From contig JAANOX010000116.1 of the NCBI GenBank assembly GCA_020184695.1, forward strand, positions 62,001-126,000: DNA of 64,000 bases. The letters are read 5' to 3'. Of the stretch, positions 43,889 through 55,071 are shown one piece after another (the stretch's first letter is position 1; every line of letters begins with the position of its first letter). The position numbers and the translations under genes are program-made. The DNA comes from Histomonas meleagridis 2922-C6/04-290x. Taxonomy: Eukaryota > Protista > Parabasalia. The notes below the pieces were generated by a model. The model was given only the letters and a program-made list of their open reading frames with translations, was not told where the DNA came from and did no database searches.

Positions 43889-46849
43889 TTATTTTTTATT
43901 ATATACTGATAATTTATCCTTAAAAGATTGACTCACATTTTTATTTAGTATTACTTTTGGTGGTAGAGTTGATGCATTTGTTGTTGGCTTTAAATTAACT
44001 TTATGAAGATCTTGTTTTTTCTGTTTTTTCTTTTTGTCAATTGGTTTTAAATGCACATTTAGTGCAGCATATGCAATGTTTTCACTACGAATCTCTTTTT
44101 TGTTTGCTTTAATCTGTAAATTTGGTGATGAATGTGTTATATTTGGATTATTTTGAGATTTGATTTGTATATTCGTTTCAGATTGAGTTAAATTATTATC
44201 ATCACTAATTGCACTATCATCAATTTGTGCATTTGATATTGGAAATAATTTTGGTTTTGTATGGGCTGAATTATCTTGTTTTAAATTAAAAGATTTTGCC
44301 TTTTTTAAGATTGATTTCTTTGTAGTTTTTTCATCATTTTCACTTGAATAAAGTGCTATTTTAGTAAGAATTGTTTTTGATTCATTAATATTTGTTGTTA
44401 CATTTCTTGATAAAGCTTCTGATTGTTTAAATTCTACTTTTCCTTGAGGAGGAGATTCTGATGGATTACAAAATTTAGAAGGAATTTTTAAAATGAAAAA
44501 TGAATTTATTTGAATTTCATGATTTTTATCATATCCGCCATAACAAATAATTTCTTTTGTACTTTCGACATATTGACAAGCAAATCTAGAAAATCCTTTT
44601 ATAAAATTTCCTTCAATATTTATTGATTCTGTGTTTAATGTTACAAGGTTAACAACAACTATTGGTATATCATCGTTTGTGTTATTAATCCCACCAATTA
44701 AAAACATATATCTTTGAATAATTATAGCTTTATGCATTGTTCTTGGAATTGAAGCCATTTCTCCTGTTAAGTTTAATTTTATCCATATATTGTTTATTAA
44801 AGAATATGCCCAACAATCATCAAATACATTAATACCATCATCTCCGCCATATATTATCATATAATCTTTATATAAAACTGCAGAGTGACTTTTTCTTGGT
44901 GCTGGTTGTGGTGAATTTTCATTTGGTTTAATCTTTGTTATTTTATTTGTTTTTTGATCATATGATAAAATTCTATTAATTACTTGACGCGATCTTGGAT
45001 ACATACCACCAAATATTAAAAATCCTGTTTTAGTAGGAATCATCGTATGATATATTCGAGAAAATTTTTCATTTTGTGGAGGCCGATATATATGTTTCCA
45101 TTTATTTGCTTCAAATATTGCAATATGAGAAGATGGACCTCCATAAATATATATTTTTTTCATAAAAACAATCATTGATGTAGTTATAGAACGAATAGTG
45201 ATTAATTTATCAACAGATATAGTTTTATTTGTAATATTATATGTTATTAAAGGAGTTGGAACTTTACCTAATATATTTCCACCAGCAAAGTATATAATAT
45301 CATCAAGAATCACGGATGATAAATCGGATATTGAAGGTAAAATTGACGAATTTTTTACTTCTTCACATCTTATAACATTTTCTAAATTCTCAGAAAATTG
45401 TGAATTTCTTAAATTAATAAAAGTATCAAGCCACTCATTCTTTATAGTAACATTTTGAAACTCTATAAAATACCATTTATCTTGCTGACTTTGAAATTCA
45501 ATAACCTTTTCTGATTTTGAAGGAAGGAAACTTATATTTTTTAAAACTTCAAAAAATTTTGGTATTTCAGGATCTGAACCTTTTGTTAATAAAATCATAT
45601 CATTAAATGTATATAAAGTTCCTTTGTTAGCAGTGTTTAAAATATTAATTGGTACTTCACTAATTATCCTTCGATCTTCAGTAACTAAATTTAATTGTTT
45701 TGAAAGTCGATAATCTATTTTACTTACTTGTTGTCTTTGTCTAAATATATCACCTGCTGTTTCCATTTCATGCGTTATTTTTTCAATTGAATCTAAAGCA
45801 ATTGGCAAATCAAAACTATCAGGATGACTCAAAGGTGTATACTTAATTAATTCTCTAATTAAAAGAATATAACGTGGCATTCGTTGTATTGGCATTATTA
45901 AATAACCATTAAAATCAAGGCCTGTTTTATATGGATTAGATTGAACAATTTCAAGCATTTTTTTATCATTACGTAAATTTCCAGCAATATTATTGATTTT
46001 ATCATAATCAACGATATATTGTTGAGAAGCCATAAATCTAGATGAAAAAGTAACAAATGTTTCAGATAATATTGATGAATACTTGATTCCATTTTTCTGT
46101 AAGCTATTAAGAAAATTAACATGACAATCAATCATTTTTGGAAGTTGACCAAAAATTAGATTCATATTTGATTCATTAACAATCTTGGCTTCAATCATTT
46201 TTTGGCGAAAATGATTATATAATGTATTAAGACCAAAGCAATATGTTACTTCAGTATCATATAACTCTTTAAGTATTTTTTCTCTTGTTTGTATAAGTTT
46301 AATTGATTCTGGTTTAAGAGAACAAGAAAAACTAAATTGGAATTTTTCAGCAAGATCAAAAATTTCATAAGCTGAAAGATTTTGATTTAATAAAGTTTTC
46401 CCAACAAATACTTGAGGATTATTAACTTCAAGTTCAAATTGTTCAACAATACGAAAAAACACATCTTTTCCTGTTAACTTTTTAAACTCAGTATAAATGA
46501 AACGTACTACAAATGGAGGAATATCAATATTATCTTTACATATAACTTGTAATATTAAAAAGAAGAATTTTTTATCTGATTTTGGAATTATTTGAAACGC
46601 ATAATCTTTTGATAATGATTCTGGATCAGGATCTTTAAGTTGTTGTATTAGTTGTGGATATTTCGAACTTGGGATAAAGTTATTATCAATTAATGGCTTA
46701 ATAAATGTTGGCGTTTTGATGGCAAGCATATAACCTTCAGGAATAGATAAGGAAGTTGAAATATTTAAAACAGTTTTATTAATAACGATGTTTTGATGTT
46801 TATATTTAGGTGGAAACCCAGATTGAAGGATTGCAACAACTGAAGCCAT
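43889..46849 (-). CDS. RhoGEF (DH-PH) with Kelch repeats
   Basis: REKILKELYDTEVTY, LIMPIQRMPRYILL and Kelch motifs (IFGG, RKSHSA, YGGDDG, IGG). Confidence 0.87.
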   Translation of the reverse strand: MASVVAILQSGFPPKYKHQNIVINKTVLNISTSLSIPEGYMLAIKTPTFIKPLIDNNFIPSSKYPQLIQQLKDPDPESLSKDYAFQIIPKSDKKFFFLILQVICKDNIDIPPFVVRFIYTEFKKLTGKDVFFRIVEQFELEVNNPQVFVGKTLLNQNLSAYEIFDLAEKFQFSFSCSLKPESIKLIQTREKILKELYDTEVTYCFGLNTLYNHFRQKMIEAKIVNESNMNLIFGQLPKMIDCHVNFLNSLQKNGIKYSSILSETFVTFSSRFMASQQYIVDYDKINNIAGNLRNDKKMLEIVQSNPYKTGLDFNGYLIMPIQRMPRYILLIRELIKYTPLSHPDSFDLPIALDSIEKITHEMETAGDIFRQRQQVSKIDYRLSKQLNLVTEDRRIISEVPINILNTANKGTLYTFNDMILLTKGSDPEIPKFFEVLKNISFLPSKSEKVIEFQSQQDKWYFIEFQNVTIKNEWLDTFINLRNSQFSENLENVIRCEEVKNSSILPSISDLSSVILDDIIYFAGGNILGKVPTPLITYNITNKTISVDKLITIRSITTSMIVFMKKIYIYGGPSSHIAIFEANKWKHIYRPPQNEKFSRIYHTMIPTKTGFLIFGGMYPRSRQVINRILSYDQKTNKITKIKPNENSPQPAPRKSHSAVLYKDYMIIYGGDDGINVFDDCWAYSLINNIWIKLNLTGEMASIPRTMHKAIIIQRYMFLIGGINNTNDDIPIVVVNLVTLNTESINIEGNFIKGFSRFACQYVESTKEIICYGGYDKNHEIQINSFFILKIPSKFCNPSESPPQGKVEFKQSEALSRNVTTNINESKTILTKIALYSSENDEKTTKKSILKKAKSFNLKQDNSAHTKPKLFPISNAQIDDSAISDDNNLTQSETNIQIKSQNNPNITHSSPNLQIKANKKEIRSENIAYAALNVHLKPIDKKKKQKKQDLHKVNLKPTTNASTLPPKVILNKNVSQSFKDKLSVYNKK

Positions 46850-47252
46850 TCAAGAAAAATTAGACACAATTGGTTTTGGTTTTTATTGAATAATGAAATG
46901 CTACATAAATATTTTTAATTGAAATATTTTCGATATTCCGTGACAACTTAAAGAAATTATTTAATCAAAGAAGTATTTGGTTTTATTCAATAAAATATTT
47001 GATGATGAAAAGTATTATATTTTTTTGCTTGCCTAATGACATGAATAAATCTTTAAAATATTACTGTGCATTTCTGCTTTAATAAGTCATTTATTTATAA
47101 TAGCATCAAATGATAAAGAAAAATCAAAATTAAATATTGAGTAATATTATGTATCAAAACTTTTTGAATTTTATGTTTTAAATAAATTTTTATAATTTTA
47201 TAAAATTTACTTCAAAAAGCTGGTTTTACATTGGCACTTTTATAACGGTCAT

Positions 47253-47280
47253 GGCGGTTTGCGGGTTTGGTCGTTCCTTT
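47253..47280 (+). promoter_or_regulatory. Trichomonad M3 (GGCGGTTT) and M5 (CCTTT) core-promoter motifs of RPL3
   Basis: GGCGGTTT at 47253-47260 and CCTTT at 47276-47280, 6 nt before the ATG. M5 is described from T. vaginalis ribosomal-protein promoters. Confidence 0.7.
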
Positions 47281-47286
47281 TTTCTA

Positions 47287-48474
47287 ATGTCTCATCGTAA
47301 GTACAGTGCTCCACGTCGTGGTTCTCTTGGTTTTCTTCCACGTGGTCGCGCCTCCCATGTTCGTGGAAGGATAAGGTCATGGCCAAAAGATGATCAATCC
47401 AAGCCACCACAACTTCAAGCATTCCTTGGTTATAAAGCTGGTATGACACACGTTGTTCGTGAAGTTGTTCGTGCTGGGTCCCGTCTTAACAAGAAGGAAG
47501 CTGTTGAACCAGTTACACTCATCGAAACACCACCAATGGTTGTTGTTGGTCTCATCGGTTATAAAGAAACAGTCCATGGTCTGAAGCCAGTTACTACTGC
47601 CTGGGCTAGCTTTGTTGGTGAAGAAATGAAGCGTTGCTATTACAAGAATTGGGCTCAATCCAAGCAAAAGAAGGCCTTCGGTAAACTCGATAAGAAGGCT
47701 GATGACATGAAGAAACGTATCCAAGACATCAAGGAACAATCCTCAGTTGTTCGTGTTATCGCTCACACCCAACCAAAACTTGTCAAACTTGGTTCCCGTA
47801 AAGCCGAACTCATCGAAATCCAAATCAACGGTGGTGATGTTGCCGCTAAAGTTGACTATGCAGTCAAGCTCCTTGAAAAGACAATCAATGTCGGAAACGT
47901 TTTCGCAGAAGGTGAACAAATCGATCTCATCTCCGTTGGCAAAGGCCGTGGTTGGGAAGGTGTTATCCATCGTTTTGGTGGCAAGCGTCTTCAAAAGAAG
48001 ACCCATCGTGGTCGTAGGAAGGTTGCCTGTATTGGCCCATGGCATCCAATGAGAGTCCTTTGGACCATTGCACGTGCAGGTAACAATGGTTTCCACCACA
48101 GAACCGAAATGAACAAGAGAATCTACAAGCTCCAACTCGTCGAAGGCGGAAAACTTGATGAAAGTGGTTCAACTGAATATGATATCTCCAAGAAGTCAAT
48201 CAACCCAATGGGTGGCTTCGCTCATTATGGTAACATCACAAACGATTTCGTTATGATCAAAGGATCTGTTTGCGGTGCTGTAAAGAGAACCATTACACTC
48301 AGAAAGACAATCAACGCTAACACAAAGAGAATCGCAACAGAAGATATCAACCTCAAATGGATCGATACTGCATCCAAGTTCGGCCATGGAAGATTCCAAA
48401 CAAAGGAAGAACGCAACAAGTTCCTCGGAAAGCTCAAGCTCTCAAAGGTCGCTGCTGAACAAAAGAAGGAATAA
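47287..48474 (+). CDS. RPL3: 60S ribosomal protein L3 (uL3)
   Basis: MSHRKYSAPRRGSLGFLPR, KVACIGPWHP and IDTASKFGHGRFQT; highly-expressed codon bias; true ATG at 47287. Confidence 0.98.
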   Translation: MSHRKYSAPRRGSLGFLPRGRASHVRGRIRSWPKDDQSKPPQLQAFLGYKAGMTHVVREVVRAGSRLNKKEAVEPVTLIETPPMVVVGLIGYKETVHGLKPVTTAWASFVGEEMKRCYYKNWAQSKQKKAFGKLDKKADDMKKRIQDIKEQSSVVRVIAHTQPKLVKLGSRKAELIEIQINGGDVAAKVDYAVKLLEKTINVGNVFAEGEQIDLISVGKGRGWEGVIHRFGGKRLQKKTHRGRRKVACIGPWHPMRVLWTIARAGNNGFHHRTEMNKRIYKLQLVEGGKLDESGSTEYDISKKSINPMGGFAHYGNITNDFVMIKGSVCGAVKRTITLRKTINANTKRIATEDINLKWIDTASKFGHGRFQTKEERNKFLGKLKLSKVAAEQKKE

Positions 48475-48841
48475 ACAACCACAAATTATTAACCGAAATC
48501 TTTTCTTAACTTTATTTGAAAGTGTAACGCATAAACGTTCTCTAATATGTGGAAATGAATTCGTATTGACATCATAACATTTAGTGTGACTTTGTTCCTT
48601 ACAAGGAAAGCAAAAATTAAATGAAGTTGAGTTACATCTAATTTTTTTGAATCCAGTTTGAAATCAAAATTTAGATAATTAAATCTCATATCAAATAATC
48701 TTAAAACAATTTCAGTTGAAGAATTAACTTCAAGTTAAACAAGAAATTCATTACAGCTTCTTTTACTAAAAAAATTTTATGATTCCATTTTTCATAAAAG
48801 ATTTTCAAAGCTTTGAAGAAACTGTACTGACCAAGCCAATA

Positions 48842-49033
48842 CTAGTTTGGCGTTTCTGATGATGTGGTACCTTGTTTTTGTTGTAATAATTCCTGAAGCA
48901 TTTTGACTTGTTCCCACCTACTTTTAGAATTAATAACGTCAGCAGATACTCCAATTTCTAACAATCTTTCTTTTAATTCAGCAAGAGTTAACGTACGAAG
49001 GTCTCCACCGGTGGAGACAGATCCGGATGACAT
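48842..49033 (-). CDS. 63-aa protein matching one conserved module of TAF1
   Basis: GGDLRTLTLAELKERLLEIGVSADVINSKSRWEQVKML versus TAF1 [38 protein letters not shown] (recalled). Inr-like TCATTT lies a few nt before the ATG. Confidence 0.6.
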   Translation of the reverse strand: MSSGSVSTGGDLRTLTLAELKERLLEIGVSADVINSKSRWEQVKMLQELLQQKQGTTSSETPN

Positions 49034-49293
49034 TTCAAAATGAAAGAATGACAGGTGATATAAAAAAGTGCAAAATTTTGAAGTCTGATTTTGCCTTTCA
49101 CGCGCACACTGCTGATATTCTCTTACTAAAAATATTAAAATGACTGATATAACTAAGTCTATTCAATTCTTATTTTTCTTTTTTGCATTATAATTAATAA
49201 TTGAAATAATTAATTAATTGTTTTTGTAAAGTCAGAAGAAAAATATAGAATAAGTTAAATTACAAACAAAAACAAAAATTTACTCAAAAGACC

Positions 49294-50091
49294 TTAGAAA
49301 TCCTTGTAAAGTTGTTGCATTACTTCGCGTGCAGAAGGTCTTTCCTTTGGATCTTTCTTGAGCATTCCCATTATTGCTCTTGTAAGTTCGGTTGATACCT
49401 TTTTCTCTTCGAGGAGTTTAACATTTGGTTCATTGTATAAAACGTTGATACTGTATTCATATTCATTTCCGCCATCATATGGAAACCTTCCTGTGAGAGT
49501 TGCGTATAAGCAAACACCTAATGAGTATATGTCTGACTTGTAAGAGTTTGAACCAATTCTGATTTGTTCGGGAGCTAAATACATATATGTTCCACGTCTA
49601 CCGTTAAGAGGGCCACCCTCAACAATTTGTGAAAGACCAAAGTCACAAAGCATTAATTCATCGCAGTTTTGTTTTGCTTTGAGTATTATATTTTCGAGTT
49701 TGATGTCATGATGAATAATTTTGTGAGAGTGCATAAAATCAACGGCCATAAAAATATTACGAAATGCTTTCCTGACCTTTGTTTCTTTTAATGGCCCGTT
49801 TTTATTAATGAATTCGTTAAGATCAATTGATCCTGGTTCCATAACAATCACAAAATGTTTTTTTGTTTTAAATGAATCAAGATACTGAACTACTCCAATA
49901 GTGCTACATTGCATGTGGATTTTTACCTCGTTTTGGAATTGTTTTTCATTAAATTTATCAAATGGAATTTTTTTTAAAACGACTTCTTTGTTTAAATCTG
50001 TGCTCCTACATAAGTAGCATTCTGAATATGCGCCATCCCCAACTTTGCAAATTTTTTCGTATCTTTTTTCCGATGTATTTGTTCCGTCCAT
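49294..50091 (-). CDS. Ser/Thr protein kinase, CAMK-like
   Basis: GDGAYSEC, VVLKK, HHDIKLEN, DFG, GTYMYLAPE. Confidence 0.9.
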   Translation of the reverse strand: MDGTNTSEKRYEKICKVGDGAYSECYLCRSTDLNKEVVLKKIPFDKFNEKQFQNEVKIHMQCSTIGVVQYLDSFKTKKHFVIVMEPGSIDLNEFINKNGPLKETKVRKAFRNIFMAVDFMHSHKIIHHDIKLENIILKAKQNCDELMLCDFGLSQIVEGGPLNGRRGTYMYLAPEQIRIGSNSYKSDIYSLGVCLYATLTGRFPYDGGNEYEYSINVLYNEPNVKLLEEKKVSTELTRAIMGMLKKDPKERPSAREVMQQLYKDF

Positions 50092-51022
50092 TTTGTGATT
50101 TGGCTAAAATTTGCCTTCAAATTTTTGATCCATTTGAAATTTCAAAGGCCTGTCAAAAGCTGGTACGAAAAGGTTTCAATTCAATTATGAAAAAAATTCT
50201 GTATTAATTTTGACGTGATTTTATTTGGTCGGACACTTTTGGTTTTGAATGGGAAATTTCTTCCTGTTTAGGAATGGACAATGTTTAACGATTTATAAAT
50301 CGTACTCAATAATGCGCTGTTCTATTCTTCCACTATGTAAATCTTTTTATCCCTTGGTATCAAATTATCATCTAAATTCAAAAAAAAAAATTTCTAATCA
50401 AATAAACTCAATTGTGACTACACAGTTAAACAACTTCTAAACTTGGATAACATTTTGCTAACAAAAACAAACATACATCAAGCTTTATGATTTCTTTTAA
50501 GAACAGAATTTGTATTAAATAAAATGTTGGATTGGGCCAGGTGTCTCGCGATAACGACAATCGGAAACGTTTATCCCACCATTAATTATGTAGAGTGTCT
50601 CATGACTTTATACGGAACGTAACGCTAAAGGTAGTAGGCACTCCAAAAATTGGTACGGCCATAACCGAAAAAACCGATATTTGGATTGAATTTTTTTTGT
50701 TTGTTTTAGCGTTCACAACACTAATGTTTTAAAAGGTTTTGTAGTTTCAAGTACTTTTGCTTTAATAACAACTAAAACATTATGTTTTTATGATTTTAAG
50801 TTAAGAGTTTAATTGAGTAATTTTAATTCATGGAAGACTTTTCAAGTTTAAAATAGCTTTAATCATTAAGAACAAATTTTAAATATAAAACTTATTCTTT
50901 ACGCTTTTATATTATTTTTAAAAATAGTTTTATTTAAAATGTATAATTTTTGGAATTCGTTTTTTTAAAAAAATCTTTTTATAATGAAGTTTTTTCAAAT
51001 TGGTTTTTTTTTATGATTTTTA

Positions 51023-52027
51023 ATGATAGAAGTTGAAAAAATAATTGCAAAGCTATGGGCAATCGAAAATGAGCCAATTAGCATGCCAGCAGGTTTAACA
51101 GCTAAAGAAATTAAATGGATTCTTAAGAAAGTTCGAAAAATATTTCTTGAACAGCCAATTCTTCTTGAGCTTGAACCTCCATTAACGATCTGTGGGGATA
51201 CTCATGGACAATTTCATGATACTCTCCGCATTTTTAAAACAGGAAAAATTCCACCACAAACAAACTATCTTTTTATGGGCGATTATGTTGATAGAGGTGC
51301 ACAAAGCATTGAGAATGTTTGTCTTATGTTTTGTTATAAGATTCTTTATCCAAACAATTTTTACTTACTTCGTGGTAATCATGAATGCTCATACATCAAT
51401 CGTGTTTATGGTTTCTATGATGATTGCATTTGTCAATTCAGCCTTTCTATTTGGAAAAAATTTTGTGATGTATTTAACTGTTTACCAATCGCAGCGATTG
51501 TTGCAAAGAAAATTTTTTGCATTCATGGAGGAATATCACCAGATATAACAGACCTTGATGATATTAGGAAACTAAAAAGACCTTTAGAAGTGCCTGAAGA
51601 AGGATTATTATGTGATTTGTTATGGTCTGATCCTTCACCTTTAGCTGAGTTCTGGGAACCAAGTGATAGAGGAACAAGTTACTATTTTGGGTTGAAACAA
51701 ACTGAAGATTTTCTTCATAAGTTTGGCTTCGAACTAATTTGTAGAGGACATCAAGCAGTAATGAATGGATATGATTTCCCTTTTTACCCAAACCAAAGTA
51801 TTGTAACAGTATTTTCAGCTCCAAATTATTGTTATGAGTTTGAAAATAAAGGTGCAATGTTGAAAATAGATGAAAATTTGTTTTGCTCTTTCTTAACATT
51901 GGAACCAGTTATAGTGGATATAGATATAATAATTGAAAGACCAGGAACTCCTCCACCCAGAATATGTAACTCACCTGAAAATAAGCTTATTCAAATTTCA
52001 TGTGAACTAAAAAAATCAAATAATTAA
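51023..52027 (+). CDS. Ser/Thr phosphatase, PP1 family catalytic subunit
   Basis: GDTHGQ, GDYVDRG, RGNHE, SAPNYC. Confidence 0.93.
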   Translation: MIEVEKIIAKLWAIENEPISMPAGLTAKEIKWILKKVRKIFLEQPILLELEPPLTICGDTHGQFHDTLRIFKTGKIPPQTNYLFMGDYVDRGAQSIENVCLMFCYKILYPNNFYLLRGNHECSYINRVYGFYDDCICQFSLSIWKKFCDVFNCLPIAAIVAKKIFCIHGGISPDITDLDDIRKLKRPLEVPEEGLLCDLLWSDPSPLAEFWEPSDRGTSYYFGLKQTEDFLHKFGFELICRGHQAVMNGYDFPFYPNQSIVTVFSAPNYCYEFENKGAMLKIDENLFCSFLTLEPVIVDIDIIIERPGTPPPRICNSPENKLIQISCELKKSNN

Positions 52028-52238
52028 AAAATTATTACATCAATTTGAAAGATTGGATAATTTAATATTATAAAATTATTAAATTAAGTAAACAAGTAAA
52101 TTTCTAAGTGGTATAAATCCTTTGTGATTTGATTAGAAAATAAACGTATTTTTTTGAATGCATAAATAATTGAAAAAGTTGTAATGAATGAATTGTGATA
52201 TGATATGATTTTGGTCGAAGAGAATCTTTGGGTTCCAC

Positions 52239-52973
52239 ATGAGTTCAAGCGAGATACAAAGATTTCTGAAAGCATCAAATTATTATGAATCCCTTAAAAT
52301 ATCAAGAGGATTTTCACAAAAAGAATTAAAGGAATCATATTATAAATATATTAAATTGTTTCACCCAGACAAATGCAAAGATCCAAATGGGATTCAAGCG
52401 TTTCACCTATTGAAGAAGGCATACGAAACTCTCTCAGATCCTGAAAAGCGAAGACAATATGATATATCAATTGATCCAAAGTCAAAACCAATAATTGCAG
52501 AACCATATCAACATACTCACATTCTCAATCCAGCATCATTTGAACAATTCTTCCAAAAGAGTAAAAAGCCAAAAAAGCAGCCAACAAAAAGTCGCGTTTC
52601 AATCTTAATTTCGATGATTATTTTACTCATAATCATTTTGTTTTTCGCAAGTGCAGAACCAAACAAAACCAAGTTAGCTAAGAAGGAAATCGAAAAGAAT
52701 ATACGTTTTGGAAGTGGCGGATATTTTGATTCAAAATTTGTTAGTAAGAACTATAATCAACAATTTTATGTGAGTAACGAATTTATTGAAAAACAACAAT
52801 TTACAAGTGATGCTGATGAAAACAAATTTATTGATTATCTTACAAAAGTTGCTGATGGTATGTACATTGAAGACTTGAAGAAAAAATGTAAAGAAGAAAG
52901 AAGACAGTATAGTAACATTAATTTTAGGAAAAGCTGTAAAAAACTTGATTCTTTATCCATTCGACATGAATAA
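52239..52973 (+). CDS. DnaJ-domain membrane protein (DNAJB12/14-like layout)
   Basis: J-domain with HPD, one TM (ILISMIILLIIILFFA) and a luminal domain ending C...C. Confidence 0.8.
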   Translation: MSSSEIQRFLKASNYYESLKISRGFSQKELKESYYKYIKLFHPDKCKDPNGIQAFHLLKKAYETLSDPEKRRQYDISIDPKSKPIIAEPYQHTHILNPASFEQFFQKSKKPKKQPTKSRVSILISMIILLIIILFFASAEPNKTKLAKKEIEKNIRFGSGGYFDSKFVSKNYNQQFYVSNEFIEKQQFTSDADENKFIDYLTKVADGMYIEDLKKKCKEERRQYSNINFRKSCKKLDSLSIRHE

Positions 52974-53111
52974 ATATGTATAGATTTAATAAATATTTTG
53001 TTTATAAAAGTTGTTCTCCATTTTATAGAATAATGAGCTTCTTTAAATAATGATTAATTCATAAAAGGGAATTTTAAGTTTAGTTTAAATTGAAAGTGTT
53101 TGTTCGAATAA

Positions 53112-54173
53112 AAAATACAAATTGACCCTTTATTAACGAAAAGCGCCCCCCAAACATCTTTAAAAAAGTTTAGTAAGACAGATCAACCAGCTTTTGCACA
53201 ATCACTAAAGACAGTTGATGATCCATTAAGTAGGTTTCCATTTGACTTTAGCTCAAAAATTTCTAACGAATATGATAAAGAACCTAAAAAATTAGTTTCT
53301 CCGATTACTGTTCCGGGTTACAAAGTTGTTCGATGCATTGGTTCTGGTGCAGAGTCAGATGTTTTTGAAGTTATTCAATATTCTGGTACAGAAATGGAAG
53401 CAAAGTCATATGCCTTAAAACGATATAAAAAAGGTGTGTTTCCTGAAGGTAGTTTACCACATGAATTTATTATAAGCAAAATGCTTAATCATCCAAATTG
53501 CATACAATTCCATGATAATTTTACAATTGACAATTATCACATATTGATTATGCCTCTTTCCAAAGCCGGTTCTTTTCAACCACCTAAAGATCCAGAACAT
53601 CCAATTCCATTAATATCCATTTTTATGGCCATATCATTAATTAAGCAAATTTCATCAGCACTTAACCACATGCATAAGCAAGGCATTGTCCACCGAGATA
53701 TCAAGCCACAAAACATTCTCATATTTAAAGGTTTATTTCAATTATGCGATTATTCAGTATCGCAAAAACTGAAAAGAGAAGACGAGAAAATCGGAGGAGC
53801 GATTGGCTCTTATCCTTTTATGGCTCCTGAGATCTTTAGTGGCCTTCCATATGATCCGAAATCTGCTGACATTTGGTCATTTGGCATCACAGTGTACTCT
53901 TTGATATTCGGAACTTATCCGTTTCATATTAACGAAGCGATTGCGTCAAATGAACAACAAAATAAAACATTGGAAAAATTCATTTTGGGATTTCCGCTTT
54001 TGTTTCCGAAAAATCCTCATTTGCCAAAAGAATTGAAAATAATAATTTCGGAAATGTTGGAAATTGACCCGAAGAAAAGGATTCAAGCAAAAGCAATCGA
54101 GAATAATGAATGGATAAATGAACAAATCGATGAAAACAATTCAATTTTCGAGAATATATTTAAAGAAATATAA
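53112..54173 (+). CDS. Protein kinase; the frame is open from 53112 and the Gly-loop lies upstream of the first ATG (53394)
   Basis: RCIGSGAESDVFEV upstream of the ATG, then YALK, HRDIKPQN, DYS, GSYPFMAPE and DIWSFG. Confidence 0.8.
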   Translation, partial: KIQIDPLLTKSAPQTSLKKFSKTDQPAFAQSLKTVDDPLSRFPFDFSSKISNEYDKEPKKLVSPITVPGYKVVRCIGSGAESDVFEVIQYSGTEMEAKSYALKRYKKGVFPEGSLPHEFIISKMLNHPNCIQFHDNFTIDNYHILIMPLSKAGSFQPPKDPEHPIPLISIFMAISLIKQISSALNHMHKQGIVHRDIKPQNILIFKGLFQLCDYSVSQKLKREDEKIGGAIGSYPFMAPEIFSGLPYDPKSADIWSFGITVYSLIFGTYPFHINEAIASNEQQNKTLEKFILGFPLLFPKNPHLPKELKIIISEMLEIDPKKRIQAKAIENNEWINEQIDENNSIFENIFKEI

Positions 54174-54551
54174 TGCATATAAATTTGCTTTAAATTTTTT
54201 TTTAATTTGTAAATTATTTAACAATGATTTTGCATTCGTTTCTGGTGAAATAGAATTTCTTCATCTTGTGATTCATGAAATGTGATAATCATTAATGCAA
54301 GTAAAAAGATCAAAATGACATATGAAATTTTTATCTCTCATAAAGATTAATGTCTTTATTTTGATATAAGATTATCTTGAATTTTATATTTCAATAAACA
54401 ATGGATTTAAGATAAAATTATTTAATTTGTAAATATTTGAATATGATTGAAAGAAGAAAGAAGTCAATGATAATAATTTAGGCATCAATCATTTCAATCT
54501 TGAATTTCAAGATTAATATTGCGTATATAAAGTTTTTGCGATTTTGAAATT

Positions 54552-54601
54552 AACGGTTTCATGTGCAACGACCGTTTATTTTCGGTTTTGGTCCTTCCTT
54601 T
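54552..54601 (+). promoter_or_regulatory. Trichomonad M3 (AACGGTTT, GACCGTTT) and M5 (CCTTT) motifs of RPS11
   Basis: AACGGTTT at 54552-54559, GACCGTTT at 54570-54577 and CCTTT at 54597-54601, 2 nt before the ATG. Confidence 0.7.
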
Positions 54602-54603
54602 AG

Positions 54604-55071
54604 ATGTCTGACATCCAAACCGAGCGCGCTTTCCAAAAGCAAAAACAAATTTGCCTTGCATCAAAGAAGTACCGCGGTTCCGATAAAAAACCACGCTATA
54701 CAAAGAACATCGGCCTTGGAATTAAAACACCAAAGACTGCAATTGAAGGAACATATATTGACCATAAGTGCCCATTCACAAGCGACGTCTCAATCCGTGG
54801 TCGTGTAATGCGTGGAATCGTTGTTTCAACTAAGATGAAGAGAACAGTTATCGTTCGTCGTGATTATCTCCAATACATTCGTAAGTACAAACGTTTTGAA
54901 AAGCGTCACACAAAGATCCCAGCTCACTGTAGCCCATGCTTCATTGTTAAGGAAGGCGATATTGTTCAAATTGGTGAATGCCGTCCACTCTCAAAGACAG
55001 TTCACTTCAATGTCATCTCTGTCAAACCATGCGCTGTCGGTGCTGACAAGAAGCAATTCAGGGTCTTCTAA
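54604..55071 (+). CDS. RPS11: 40S ribosomal protein S11 (uS17)
   Basis: [41 protein letters not shown]. Confidence 0.98.
   Translation: MSDIQTERAFQKQKQICLASKKYRGSDKKPRYTKNIGLGIKTPKTAIEGTYIDHKCPFTSDVSIRGRVMRGIVVSTKMKRTVIVRRDYLQYIRKYKRFEKRHTKIPAHCSPCFIVKEGDIVQIGECRPLSKTVHFNVISVKPCAVGADKKQFRVF

Noticed and set aside
47249-48577. Numerous overlapping and antisense ORFs over RPL3 (also over the ABC, C2, RPS11 and TFIIE genes)
   Set aside because: These are shadow ORFs caused by biased codon usage of real genes, with no recognisable motifs.
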